Assembly (NCBI RefSeq): GCF_963921235.1
Contig: NC_086097.1
Coordinates: 60,452,001-60,516,000, forward strand
Reading direction: 5' to 3'
Length of the DNA: 64,000 nt
Source of the DNA: Mobula hypostoma
Taxonomy: Eukaryota
Part shown: positions 25,530 to 37,345 of the stretch, piece after piece
How the letters are laid out: the number at the start of each line of letters is the position of its first letter
Position numbering within the stretch: position 1 is the stretch's first letter
The notes under the pieces: model-generated
Seen by the model: only the letters and a program-made list of their open reading frames with translations
What the model was told of the DNA's origin: nothing
Database searches by the model: none
Translations under genes and position numbers: made by a program

Positions 25530-26447
25530 TCATCTGCTCCCTGCTCTACTACTTACACACTAATGACTATATGGCCTAACTACAAGTTTGCAGATGATAC
25601 CATTGTAGTGGGTAGTACCATAAATAACAATGGGTTGGAGAACAGGAGGGAGATAGAGAGCTCAATAACATGGTGTCATAACAACAAGCTTTCCCTCAAT
25701 ATTAGCAAAACAAAAGAGCTTGTCATTGATTTCAGGATGGGGCGAGGTGCACATGCTCCTGTCTACTTCAATACTGTTGAGGTTGAGAACTTCATGTCCT
25801 ATGAATGAACATCAACAATAGCCTGTCCTGGTCTAACCACATAGATACCAGGGCCAAGAAAGCACACCAACTCAAATACTTCCTTATGAGGCCAAAATAA
25901 TTTAGCATGTTCCCTTCAACCTTGAACAATTTTTATTAACATGCCATCGAAGGGATCCTATCTGCATGCATAACAGCTAGATGTGCCAGCTGTTCTGCCA
26001 GTGACAGCAAGAAAATGAAGAGTTGTGGACACTTCTCAGCAAGGGAAACCAGCCTCCCCTCCATGAAGTCTATATGTACTTCTTGCTGCTTCAGTAAAGC
26101 AACCAATATAATCAAAGATCCCACTCACATCAGACATTCTCTCTTGTCCTGTCTCATAGGAAACAACATTCTGAAACCACATACACTAGGCCTAAGCACA
26201 GCTTCTATCCTGCTATTGTAAGAATGGCTCCCTAGCACAATAAGATGGACTCACCTCACAATCTTCCTTGTAGTGCAGATAAACCTTACTGTCTACCTGC
26301 ACTGCACTTTCTCTGTAGCTGTTATATTTTATTCTCCATTCTATTATTGTTTTCCCCTGTACTATTTCAACACACTATGTAGTTAATTAATTTGAATGAA
26401 CATTATGCAAGATGGGCTTTTCCATATACCTTGGTACATAAACCAAT
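25530..26447 (+). mobile_element. Rex1/Babar LINE RT fragment
   Basis: YKFADDTIVVG..WCHNNKLSLNISKTKELVIDFR and KATNIIKDPTH. Confidence 0.9.
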
Positions 26448-26790
26448 TCCTATGGTGATAGGATCTGTTGATGTACGGGAGAATCGAAACTTGGCCATCA
26501 ATGTGCAGGGGAAATCAATTACCAGATACACTGCTAGGATGAAGTTGAAACATAATGGGTGCAGGTTCCACCAAGTGGATGAGGATAAAGTTTAGGGAAC
26601 TATGGACCAATTGCGTATCTTTTCGACAAATGATGATGACAAACCACATCCAGACACTTGTGTTACATATACTGTACGAAAATTGAATGTGTATTGTGCA
26701 ATTTTGAAAATTTTATACAGTTGTATATTTTGTTAATTGTAGTTAAAATTTTGCTCTTGATAGATCAAAATTTTCTTTTCTTGGACGGGG

Positions 26791-27550
26791 TGTTACGTAT
26801 CCCATGAGCATGATGTAATGGTCTCATGCTATTGGAATGATGTAATGGTCTTGTGATAATGGGGTGATGTGACATCACGTGATGGCATGGTATAAAAGAA
26901 AAAGCCCTCCACGGTGATGCAATTCTCATTTTAACTTTGAGTGTAACGTTGTTGGCAGTTTCGCCATTCGCTGCCAGTTTTTGTTTGTTGCACCTTTGTT
27001 TTCTTTTACAGTATAGTATTGGAGAGTGAAGACATTAACAGAGTTATCTGAGCAAAGGATTGGGTAGAGTTAATGTCGTTCAGCTTCTTGGGAATGATGG
27101 ACCTTTTTAATCTTCATTCGGGGATTGTGGCATGCACATTTGAGTAAAACCACTGCCAGGGCGGGAAGGTTTGTGCAGTGACCACCCTTCAGTCAAAAGG
27201 TCAGTTCCTTTATTTCTTCGTGATTCCTTTGGACAAGGCTTCTCTCGGTTGAGATCGACGGATTCGTCATTGCTTCAAAGAAATCGTTGTTTCAGTTGAA
27301 GTCTCTCCTCAATGACTGTATAAATCACATGGACTTTTGAATTTGGCACTTTAAGTCTGTGCTTGGATGATAATTCTTTAAGAACAGCTTATATGTTTCA
27401 CTGTTTGTTCGATATAATGGCCTAACTGTTAACTTCTGGTTAAGTTAGTCATTCGTTTACTTTTCGATGTTCTGAGCAGAGGAATAAGTATCGTTGTTTG
27501 TTTATGTAACCTGACTCAATTTCATATCCATTGTTGCTGGACACATGACA
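26791..27550 (+). mobile_element. LTR, likely a 3' LTR with adjacent internal remnant from ~26450
   Basis: TGTTACG...CATGACA, preceded by purine-rich GGACGGGG (PPT-like). TATAAAA at 26891; repeated TGATGTAATGGTC; no TSD. Confidence 0.6.
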
Positions 27551-28059
27551 TTTGGAACATTTTTGAAACCCCTCAGTTTAATTACTCATGTGACAATTTA
27601 AAAGAAAAACTTTATAAAGCATGCAAAAATATATTTCTGGAGGTAGACACAAAATAATTCCTCACAAAACACAAGAGCATAATTTGGTAAAAATACTTAG
27701 TTTTAAATCAGTCTAAAATGCATGATGCAGGCTTAGACATTTGAGCAATTGATTGCTTGAGATTGTTATATTCAGCCATATTAGTATGTGTAGTACAGTT
27801 TCATCATATATGCAGAAGGTGCATGACAATGGGTAACTCATTTGCTAAGATATATATGTGAAATCTGAGGGAAATATTAAAGTTATAGATACTGTGATTA
27901 AAGAGAACACAAGCAAAAGGATGCCAGCTCTAATAATTTAGGACTGAATGTTATTGAAGAAAATAATCAGTGAATTTAAGTACATTAATGTACACATTAT
28001 AACCAATTGTTTATTTCTCATTGACTTACTGACAAGAAGTGAAATTATTTCACAAGTGT

Positions 28060-28846
28060 GTTAGCCACGGTTTACAAAGCCCAGGTATGAAGTATTATGG
28101 AGTATGCCTGCTTATCATGGATGAATGCCTCACAGAGTGTCCTCAGCCAGCTTTATTTCATTCAAAGAAAGGCTCTCAGGATTATAGGTGTAGATGAAGC
28201 CTCAGATCGTGAGAAGCTAGCCATCAGTAGCGTACACCACAGACGACAGGTTTCTGCAGCTACTGTGCTATACAAAATGCACACCAGCCACAGCCCTGCA
28301 GACCTTCGCACTATGCTGCCTTCATCTTCACCACACGATTAAGTTTATCTATGCCTGCTCATGCTGTTTCTATGCCTGATGGTGAGAACCTACACACTGG
28401 ATAGAAGCTTCCTTCACTGTGCTATCAGAATTTGAAACAGCCTTCCAGATGCTGTGGCTGGAAACATCTGCAACGATGGGGTCCAAGCCTTCAAGAGTCG
28501 AGTGCACAAACACGTATCATCTCTGGGAGGGAAGTCACATGCTTCTTCATAAGCTACCATGAAGGGGACCAGGATGGCAATGCTTGGTTGTTGGTAGGTA
28601 GGGTTAATACCTGACTTTCAAGTGCACTTGTGAGTTATGTTCCAGCTGGACTTAGTCCTTAAAACTGCTGGAGAACAATGCGGAAAGAACAGGTGCTGTT
28701 TTCTCCTGGTAGGGATTAGTTATTAGTTCCAAGTGCTCCTGCCATGCATTGTCACCCTGCAACCTTATTCTTCAATCTCTTTGAATTATGGAGGACAGCA
28801 TGTGTATAAATGTCTCTCTCCAGCAGACTTCATCATGATCATCATG
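28060..28846 (+). mobile_element. L2/Crack/Daphne-group LINE 3' end
   Basis: VYKAQV*SIMEYACLSW..IQRKALRII..HHRRQV..VLYKMH; CATCAT-type tail. Confidence 0.75.
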
Positions 28847-31800
28847 ACTCCAGTATTTCTACTTTTTTTTAATGTTTCTTAATTGTACATATGATTTTTT
28901 TTGTGTTTTATCACTGAGCAGCAGTGAAGCATCTGATTGGCCTATCAGAGTTCTCTTTGGGAATTAGTTGACTTGATCAGCATTTCTGATCTGACTATTG
29001 TTCACGACTGCATTTAATAAAACAAAAACAATTAAACTGGTTGGGTTTCAGGCATTTGGTCATGAGTTTGGGAAGTGTTAGGGGATTGGTATTTCAACTG
29101 TGCAGTAGGATAGTAGTCCAGAATTAAACTGCTGTCAGTGTTAAAATCTCAGTTATAGAAACCAAGGAAATTGCTTTTCAGGCCTGGAGGTGTGAGATCC
29201 GTTAGGATGCATAGATCAGATGGGACTTCCTGAAGTTCAGCTTGAAACCGACTGGGAATTCCCAAAGATTAGCCCGGTCAAAACCAGTAAGGCTATGGTT
29301 TTATTACGTAAAAAGTACCAGTTGGGAGAGAGATAATAAAAAGTAACCAGTAGAGAAGGGCCTAAAAAAAGTGGGTCTGACTGAATGAAGAATAGATTAG
29401 TGAAGTGGAGTACATTATAAGATCATGGATGTGGAGGATTTCAAATACCCAAATATCCTGTATAAACTGTAACCATATCTGCAGGAAGGCTAGTCTATGC
29501 CTATATGATAGGTGTCAGGTAGCTGTATCATAAAATAGATCATAGCCCATGTACTGTACTTAAAGAGAGACAGAATTTTAAAAAACAGTATGCCAAGGAA
29601 CTGTAAAACATGAAAGCTGTCAGAAGATAGAGACAGAGTGATATATTTGTTATTATTATTCATCATCTTTCATTTCAGACCACCTGTGGTTTCTGATCAT
29701 CAACAAAAATAATGAACTTCACAAGACAGGAGCAATATAAGATCTAAGATGTCTGGTTTCACCCCAAAATCTTTAGAAATGTTAAATGGTCAAAGTGCTG
29801 TTGAGTTAAAGACATTTAGAAGAACAATTGAATTACGCAAACAATGTATTATGCCAGTAACAATACTGTGTCCAATGGATTGGTTTGTTTTTAATAGGCA
29901 AACAGAGAACCACTTGAATCAAAACTCTGATTTGTCTGAGGGACCAGTACATATTCAGAATAATATTCAATCAGCAACAGTGTACAGTCTGATTCAGATT
30001 ATCAGAAACAAACAAAATAAAGCAGGCAACTCATTAAAAAGTGGAGAAGGCAGATGGCATTATATTTTCCTATTTGTAATATTAATTTATTGTAATTGTA
30101 CTTTCTCACTTCAATATTATAACTACATTTTCTCTTAGAATACTGTTCAGTTTGTGATTGTAACACTGAAATTATTTTCAGTTGACACAAGCATCAATCA
30201 GGGTTTGTATGGATGAATTCCTGTTTGGTCAGGCAAGCGGAAGGAATTACAAAATTCAGTGCACAATCAAAGAAGAAGTTCTAAATCAGCTGATAATAGC
30301 TTAACGGTTTCTTCACAAAGATAGGACTTGCATTTACCAGGAGATATGCCTCGTATTGATGTCAGGTTAGTTCATTGGATGGTGTCAGGTATACAAGACT
30401 CAATACATAAAATGGAGAGAGATGATATCACAGATTAAAGTTACTTAACAAGGTTGTGATATTGCAAGTGTCGAGGCCATGCCTTTGGTATCATATGCTG
30501 TAAGTAATTTCTGCAGAATATCTTATTTACAAAGCTTCCCTCCATATACATCCCCTCTCAACCCCATCCCTCATCACCTTAATTAGTGGTTTAACTTTAC
30601 AGTAAGTGTGGAAACATTTGGAAGCCTTGTTCGGTTGCTAGAAAATCGTGAACTTGTGCTTTGCATGGGTCGCAGGCTTCCGCACAATTGATAGCACTCA
30701 CATAATGTGATGGGCAATGCATATGAACTCAAAAGTGTCGTGCATCTGAAAAAAGAGTTCACTCCATCACTAGCCGCATGTGTGAGACCATGCTGTGTGT
30801 ATGGTCCGCACCTGGTATTTGCATAAATCCTAATAATGTCTTTCTATTTCACTTTACTGCACTGTCTGTGCTTGGCTGTATCACTCTTAGTCACTTGAGG
30901 TTGAGGATTAGCCCATTCACATAAGCCTTCATAGTCACATAATGAATGCCATGCTGCCACCACAATATCACTGGTATGGTGGTGTGTTTTGGTGAGCTCC
31001 GCAATGGCAGTCTCACTGGGTCAAGAGCATCTGCAGGAGGAAGAGGACAGTCAATGCTTTGGATCGGAACCCTTCATCTGCACAGGGTTGCAGTCATTTA
31101 TTGCACGAGGCTCACTCCTGCAATTTCAAACCCTTGGTCCTTCATAACTTTTACAACAGGCGTAGCCAGAAAACATGAAGTGAGTGTTGAAAAGGAAGAG
31201 GAGGATACAAGGGAGCAACTGCGAGAGTCCTTTCTGACGGGCAGTCCTGAACCAATTTAGCAAACTACTTTACAAAAATATATGGAATCCTAATTTCCCA
31301 GTAAATAATACATCTCCATTTATCTTACTGGTCCTCTTCAACTGGCCGTCATGGCTTAACCATTCAGTTGAACTGAAATTCAATATGAAAGGATCAATAT
31401 GACAAAAGAACAGTTATCTCAAAGTATGCCAGCTACCAGATAAATGTCAACTTCCAACAGTATTGTCAAAGACTATGATGGAGTTCGGTATCAGCACTGC
31501 ACAGGATTTTGAGAAGTGCTTGGAGCCCTGGTTTTCCAACATGGGACTTCAACAGAGCACTGGTGGACTGCTATCACACAGTGGCCTGGTGATGTCTTGA
31601 CTCCTGCCATGGCACAGGCCACTGAACATCTAGGTGCTCAGGCTTCTCTCACGCTCCTGGCTGCACTGAGGCTCAAACTGCTGCTATCGTGGCTCACAGC
31701 CCAGACATGTGCAAAGAATTTGAAGTCGAAAGCTCAGTGCTCTATGTTCAGAGCAGCTGGATGTCATCTTGTAAAGAAACTACTACTGGCTTTCTTTCAA

Positions 31801-33618
31801 AACCAGCACCTTACCTCAGCCATGCTTTATCTACAGGGAATGCGAGGTGTGGGTATGAATCACAATACACTTTGTTAAGCAACTCTTACTGTTTTTTTTG
31901 CCATCTGCCTTTCTATCTCACTTGTAGCTGTTGGCATTATTTAGGTTCTATGTTGCTGCTTTCTGGTCACTAGTTTTCTATGCCTCTTTACAAACAAGAA
32001 TTATATAAAAGAGAAAGGTTATTAGTCAGTGTTAAATGCTATACCTATCTCATATCACCTCCAATACAGGAGGCTGAAGCACTCATATTGCTTCTATTCA
32101 GGCCTTTTCTGTTTACAGTTTCATTCTCCTGGTACTTCATTGCTACTTGTAATTCTTTTCATAAAACAAAACTTCTTACAAATCATTTATTTTCTGACTA
32201 GGTCACAGTCCAGCACCTCAACATGAATCAAAGTGCTTACAGTTGACACTGCAGTTTACATGCTTTGCATAAAACAACTTTGATCTGGTTTTCATTGAAG
32301 TGCTAATCATCGTTCTTCAAAATGAAGGTAATAGATCCGGGAAGCTGACTATTTGGCTTTTGCGCAGTGTTTGCCAAATGAATAAAAAAAATTAATAACC
32401 CTATTGTTGAAAAGCTTTCATATTCATAATAGCAGTTTCATTTTTTAAATATTGCACTTCTGATGTCACAGAAGAATTACTGCTAAACCAATTTTCCCTA
32501 CATTTCTTTTCTCAGAGGTAATGCAACTGCAAACTGCCTACAGTTTGTAATGTAAGATGTAATTGGTTTAATTATACTACAGAATCAATTTCAATTAATA
32601 CAATAATGTGTGTCATAATAAAGTCAAAGACACACCTTCGAGATAATTACACTGGAGCAGTAGAAGCTGGAAATGAGGAAGTTCTAACAATGATTTGGGA
32701 AATGTGTATTCTTACAAATAAGCATGCCCAAGAGGAAGACAGAATCAACCTTGTTGCTCTATAAAAACCTGTTTTGCACAATAGGTCAGCCAGTATCTGC
32801 TGACAGAAGTATTTTTCATCATCTGAATATTTAAAAGGAATTTGAGATGGAGGCAGAGTGTGGCTGTGTAACCTTGCAAAGCTAGAGACCTGGACACTAA
32901 AGTTTTTTTTCATTTCCCACCCAGCAGCTCTGTCTGTTGCTTCCCTAGTGGTGTCAACAGAGGCAACAGGGTTCCCAACACACAGCAGTCATGAAGTGAT
33001 CAGCAGTGGAAAATGTGGTGTATATAAAATTTTATTAATGTTTGAGTAATATTGTTCGATTAAGCAATCCTAGTATGTTTTGATTACAGCTCAGCTTTTA
33101 ATACTGTCATCCCCTCATAACTAACCCATGTATTTCAATACATCCATGTGCAACCGAACCCTCAATTTCCTCACTTGCAAACTGCAGTTAGTTCAGATTA
33201 TAAGCAGCATCTCCACAATCTCCATCAGCACAGGTGCACCATAAGGCTGTGTGCTTAGCCCCCTGCTCCACTCGCTTTACAGTTACGACTGTGGCTCAGC
33301 ACAGTTCCAATGCCATATCCAGCATTGTTGATGACACTATTGTCGTTATTGTCAAAGGTGGTGATGAATCAGCATATAGAAGGGAGGCTGAAAATCTGAT
33401 TGAGTGGTGGCATAACAATAACCTGTTACTCAATGTTAGCAAGACCAAAGAGCTGATTATTGACTTCAGGAAAAGAAAAACAGAGGTCCTTGAGCTATCA
33501 GAGGATCAGAGGTGGAGGTGATAAGCAACTTTAAATTCCTTGGTGTTCTCATTTTAAAAGACCTGTCCTGGATCCAGTACGCAAGTGCAGTTACGAAAAT
33601 AGCACGGCAGTGCCTTTA

Positions 33619-33656
33619 CAGTCCTGACGAAGGGTCTCGGCCTGAAACGTCGACTG
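33619..33656 (+). ncRNA. Minimal type I hammerhead ribozyme motif, intact core
   Basis: CAGTC(stem I)-CTGACGA-A-GGGT/CTCG/GCCT(stem II)-GAAA-C-GTC-GACTG(stem I'). Predicted cleavage 3' of C33651. Confidence 0.8.
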
Positions 33657-33715
33657 CGCCTCTTCCTAGAGATGCTGCCTGGCCTGCTGCGTTCACCAGC
33701 AACTTTGATGTGTGT
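33620..33715 (+). mobile_element. 96-bp PLE terminal-repeat insertion inside Rex1
   Basis: 9-bp TSD TGCCTTTAC at 33611-33619 and 33716-33724; nearly identical to the reverse complement of 7323-7417. Confidence 0.9.
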
Positions 33716-34009
33716 TGCCTTTACTTCCTTATGACTTTGTGAAGATTTGCAATGACATCTAAAACTTTGCAAATCTATACAGATGTATGGCGGAGAGTAT
33801 ATTGACTGGTTGCACCACAGTCTGGTATGAAAACACTAAAGCCCTTGAATGGAAAACCCTACTGAAACAGATAGATGTGGCCCAGTCCATCATGGATATA
33901 GCCCTTCCCACTACTGAGCACATCTGCACATGGAGCATAGCTGCAAGAAAGGAGCATCCATCATCAGGGCACCCCACTGTTGTATCCTATCAATTAAATA
34001 AAGGCATGC

Positions 34010-36722
34010 TGTTGCAATGAACGGGTGAACCCAAACGCAGGACACTGGCACGGAGATAGAGTTAGAATGCAGACGAGGGTGTGAGCATGGCTGCAGCTGA
34101 ATAGCAAACAGGAGGGTGAACGGAAAGGCAGGAGGCAGGCAAAACTTATCTTGACATGGAGAGTCAGAGTTACACAGGCAAACCTCGGTTCCGAAGTAAA
34201 ACTTAGAATACACAATCCTAAGCGGCCGGAAAAGTGATTTACCACACTAGCTGAAACAACAACTTGGCAATAAGTGGATACAAAGCCGGGGTTTTAATGC
34301 TGCAGATTTAGATGAGAATCTGGTGCTGCAATCAAGGAGCCCAAGAGAACACGGAGAATAGGGAATTAGGAGAATATGAGGACTTAACGGCCGGGATCAT
34401 GAATACTGGCAAATACTGGATTGTCGCGATGGAAGTCTCGGATGAGGGAAGGGTCTAAGATGAAGGAGCGGGGAATCCAGGTGTGCTCCTCAGGACCGTA
34501 TCCCTCCCAATCGAAGAGGTACTGGAAACCCCTGCCTCAACAACGCACATCCAGTATTGGCCGGATGGTGTAAGCTGAGTAATCGTCGATGACCCGTCCG
34601 GGCGGATGAGGTTCAGCAGAAGGGCACAAAGCACTGACAGACATAGATTTCAGTTGGGAGACGTGGAACCTGGGATGAATGTGCATGAGGTTGTATAAGG
34701 CATTGTTGAGGCCGAATCTGGAGTATTGTGTTCAGTTTTGGTCACCAAATTACAGGAAGGATATAAATAAGGTTGAAAGAGTGCAGAGAAGGTTTACAAG
34801 GATGTTGCCGGGACTTGAGAAACTCAGTTACAGAGAAAGGTTGAATAGGTTAGGACTTTATTCCCTGGAGCGTAGAAGAATGAGGGGAGATTTGATAGAG
34901 GTATATAAAATTATGATGGGTATAGATAGAGTGAATGCAAGCAGGCTTTTTCCACTGAGGCAAGGGGAGAAAAAACCAGAGGACATGGGTTAAGGGTGAG
35001 GGGGGAAAAGTTTAAAGGGAACATTAGGGGGGGCTTCTTCACACAGAGAGTGGTGGAAGTATGGAATGAGCTGCCAGACGAGGTGGTAAATGCGGGTTCT
35101 TCTTTAACATTTAAGAATAAATTGGACAGATACATGGATGGGAGGTGTATGGAGGGATATGGTCCATGTGCAGGTCAGTGGGACTAGGCAGAAAATGGTT
35201 CGGCACAGCCAAGCAGGGCCAAAAGGTCTGTTTCTGTGCTGTAGTTTTTCTATGGTTTCTTCTATGGGTCTGGGCAGTTTGAGTTTGACCACCGAGGGGC
35301 TGATGATGCTCTCGATCTCGAATGGTCCGATGTAACGAGGGGTGAGTTTCTTTGACTCGGTTTTGAGGGGGGATGTCTCCTGAAGAGAGCCAAACCTTCT
35401 GATCAGGCTGACAGTTGGGTGCTGGAATCCAGTGGCGATCGGTGATACGCTGGTTGTGGTCAGCGCAGAGGAGCAGGGCCGAGCGTGCACCCTTCCAGAC
35501 CTTGCGGCACCGGCGGAGATGTGCCTGAACTGAAGGCACAGCAATGTTGTCTTTGTTGGCAGGAAACACAGGGGGTTGATCGCCTAGGGAGCATTCGAAA
35601 GGAGACATACCGGTGGTGGCACTGACCAGGGAGTTGTGGGCATACTCAACCCTAGGGAGATGTGTGCTCCAGGATGACGGGTTACTGGAGGAAATGCAGC
35701 GCAGTGCTGCTTCCAAATCCTGATTGGCTCACTCCATCTGACCGATAGTCTGTGGATGGAAACCAGAAGACAGACTTACTGAAGCTCCGAGGGCTTGCAG
35801 AAGGATTTCCAGACTTGGAAGATGAACTGGGGGGCCCCGGTCAGAAACAATGTCAGAGGGAATTCCATGAAGGCGGAAGACATGTTGGACAAGGAGGTCA
35901 GCTGTTTCACGGACTGTAGGGAGTTTGGGAAGGGCTATGAAGTGTATGGCTTTGGAAAACGGTCCACCACGGTGGGTACAGCATTGTTCCCATGTGAAGG
36001 GGGTAGTCCAGTGACGAAATCAAGAGCTGTGTGGGACCAAGGGTGGCCAGGGACAGGTAGGGGACGAGGCAGTCCAGCAGGTGGCTAATGGGATGCTTTT
36101 CTGTGGGCACACACAGTACAGGCAGAGACAAAGGAGCGAGTCTCAGCATCCATGGTGGGCCACCAGAAATGTCACTTCAAGAGGGACAGGGTTCGACAGA
36201 TTCCAGGATGGCAGGCAAACCGGGAAGTATGACCCCACTGAGGAACCTGAGAATGGACAGAATCAGCCACGAAGGGACGATTGGGGGGGGGGGGCATCGC
36301 CTGGGTCAGGTTGAGTCCGTTGGGCCTCCTTAATTATGGACTCAATCTCCCAGGCGAGGACAGCCACAACACAGGATGGTGGAAGGATGGTATCAAGATT
36401 GGAGGGGTCCTCTTCAGGGACCTACTGACAAGAGAACATCTGGCTTCACATCCTTGGAACCAGGATGGTAGGTGAGGGTAAAATTGAAATGGCCAAACAA
36501 CAGTACCCAACGGGCTTGGTGGGAGTTAAGGCGTTTAGCTGTCTGGATGTATGCCAGGTTCTTATGGTCTGTCCAGATGAGGAATGAGTGTTCTGCTCCC
36601 TCCAGCCAGTGCCTCCAATCCTCCAAGGTGAGTATGACGGCCAGCAACTCCTGATTCCCAATGTCATAGTTCCATTCAGCGGGGGATAGACAGCGAGAGA
36701 AGAAGGCACAGGGACGGAACTT
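34010..36722 (-). mobile_element. Ty3/Gypsy chromovirus (Sushi-like) 3' half: RNase H, integrase, chromodomain, 3' LTR (~34010-34402)
   Basis: [80 protein letters not shown] ends CTGCGTTTGGGTTC..GCAACA. Confidence 0.92.
34688..35263 (+). mobile_element. CR1 3' fragment nested in Gypsy integrase
   Basis: [25 protein letters not shown]. Removing it restores [18 protein letters not shown]. Confidence 0.95.
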
Positions 36723-36727
36723 TTGTT

Positions 36728-36950
36728 CTGGGACAGAGGAGATATCAGGGGTATGTTTTTTATGCAGAGAGTGGTGAGTGCATGGAATGGGCTGCCGGCG
36801 GATATGGTGGGGACTTTTAAGAGACTCCTGTATAGGTACACGGAGCTTAGAAAAATAGAGGGCTATGGGTAACCATAGATATTTATAAAGTTCGTTACAG
36901 CTTTGTGGGCCGAAGGGCTTGTATTGTGCTGTTAGGTTTTCTATGTTTCT
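36728..36950 (+). mobile_element. CR1 3' UTR fragment
   Basis: CAGAGAGTGGTGAGTGCATGGAATGGGCTGCC..GGGCCGAAGGGC; (TTTCTATG) tail. Confidence 0.85.
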
Positions 36951-37345
36951 ATAATGGGTAAGCAGTTCATCTGATGTTATTTGTCCCTTAGTTTCCTTGA
37001 CTGCTCTTTCACACCTTTCTAACCATTCCCATTTTGCTCCTGTCTGCAGCAGTGTGTTCAATGAATGCAGCACTGCAGCAATGATTGGGAAAAACTGGTG
37101 GTAGTAGTTTTAAAGTCAAGTATGACCTGAGTGGCGATACATTTTCCGGTTTCGGTGCCTGTAGCACTGCTTCATTCTTCTCTTGTGATTTACGTAAGCC
37201 ATGCTTATCAATGAGATTTCCATAATATGAGATTTCATTTTTGAAAAACTCACTTTTCTCTCTTTGACCATACTCACTCAGCCTGGTAGGCACTTTACCA
37301 AGGATCTGGAGCTGTCGGAAACACTTACTGCAGTCACAGGACAAC
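36951..37345 (-). mobile_element. Ty3/Gypsy RT-connection fragment of a second family
   Basis: EFFKNEISYYGNLIDKHGL..AVLQAPKPENVSPLRSYL and [23 protein letters not shown]. Confidence 0.85.

Larger units (their letters stand above)
33135..33976 (+). mobile_element. Rex1/Babar LINE RT fragment
   Basis: VDDTIV..WWHNNNLLLNVSKTKELIIDFRK, FKFLGV and ESILTGCTTVWY. Confidence 0.9.

Noticed and set aside
29749..30138. 129-aa ORF in unique AT-rich DNA
   Set aside because: No recognisable domain; the hydrophobic end follows T-rich low-complexity sequence; no partner exons found.
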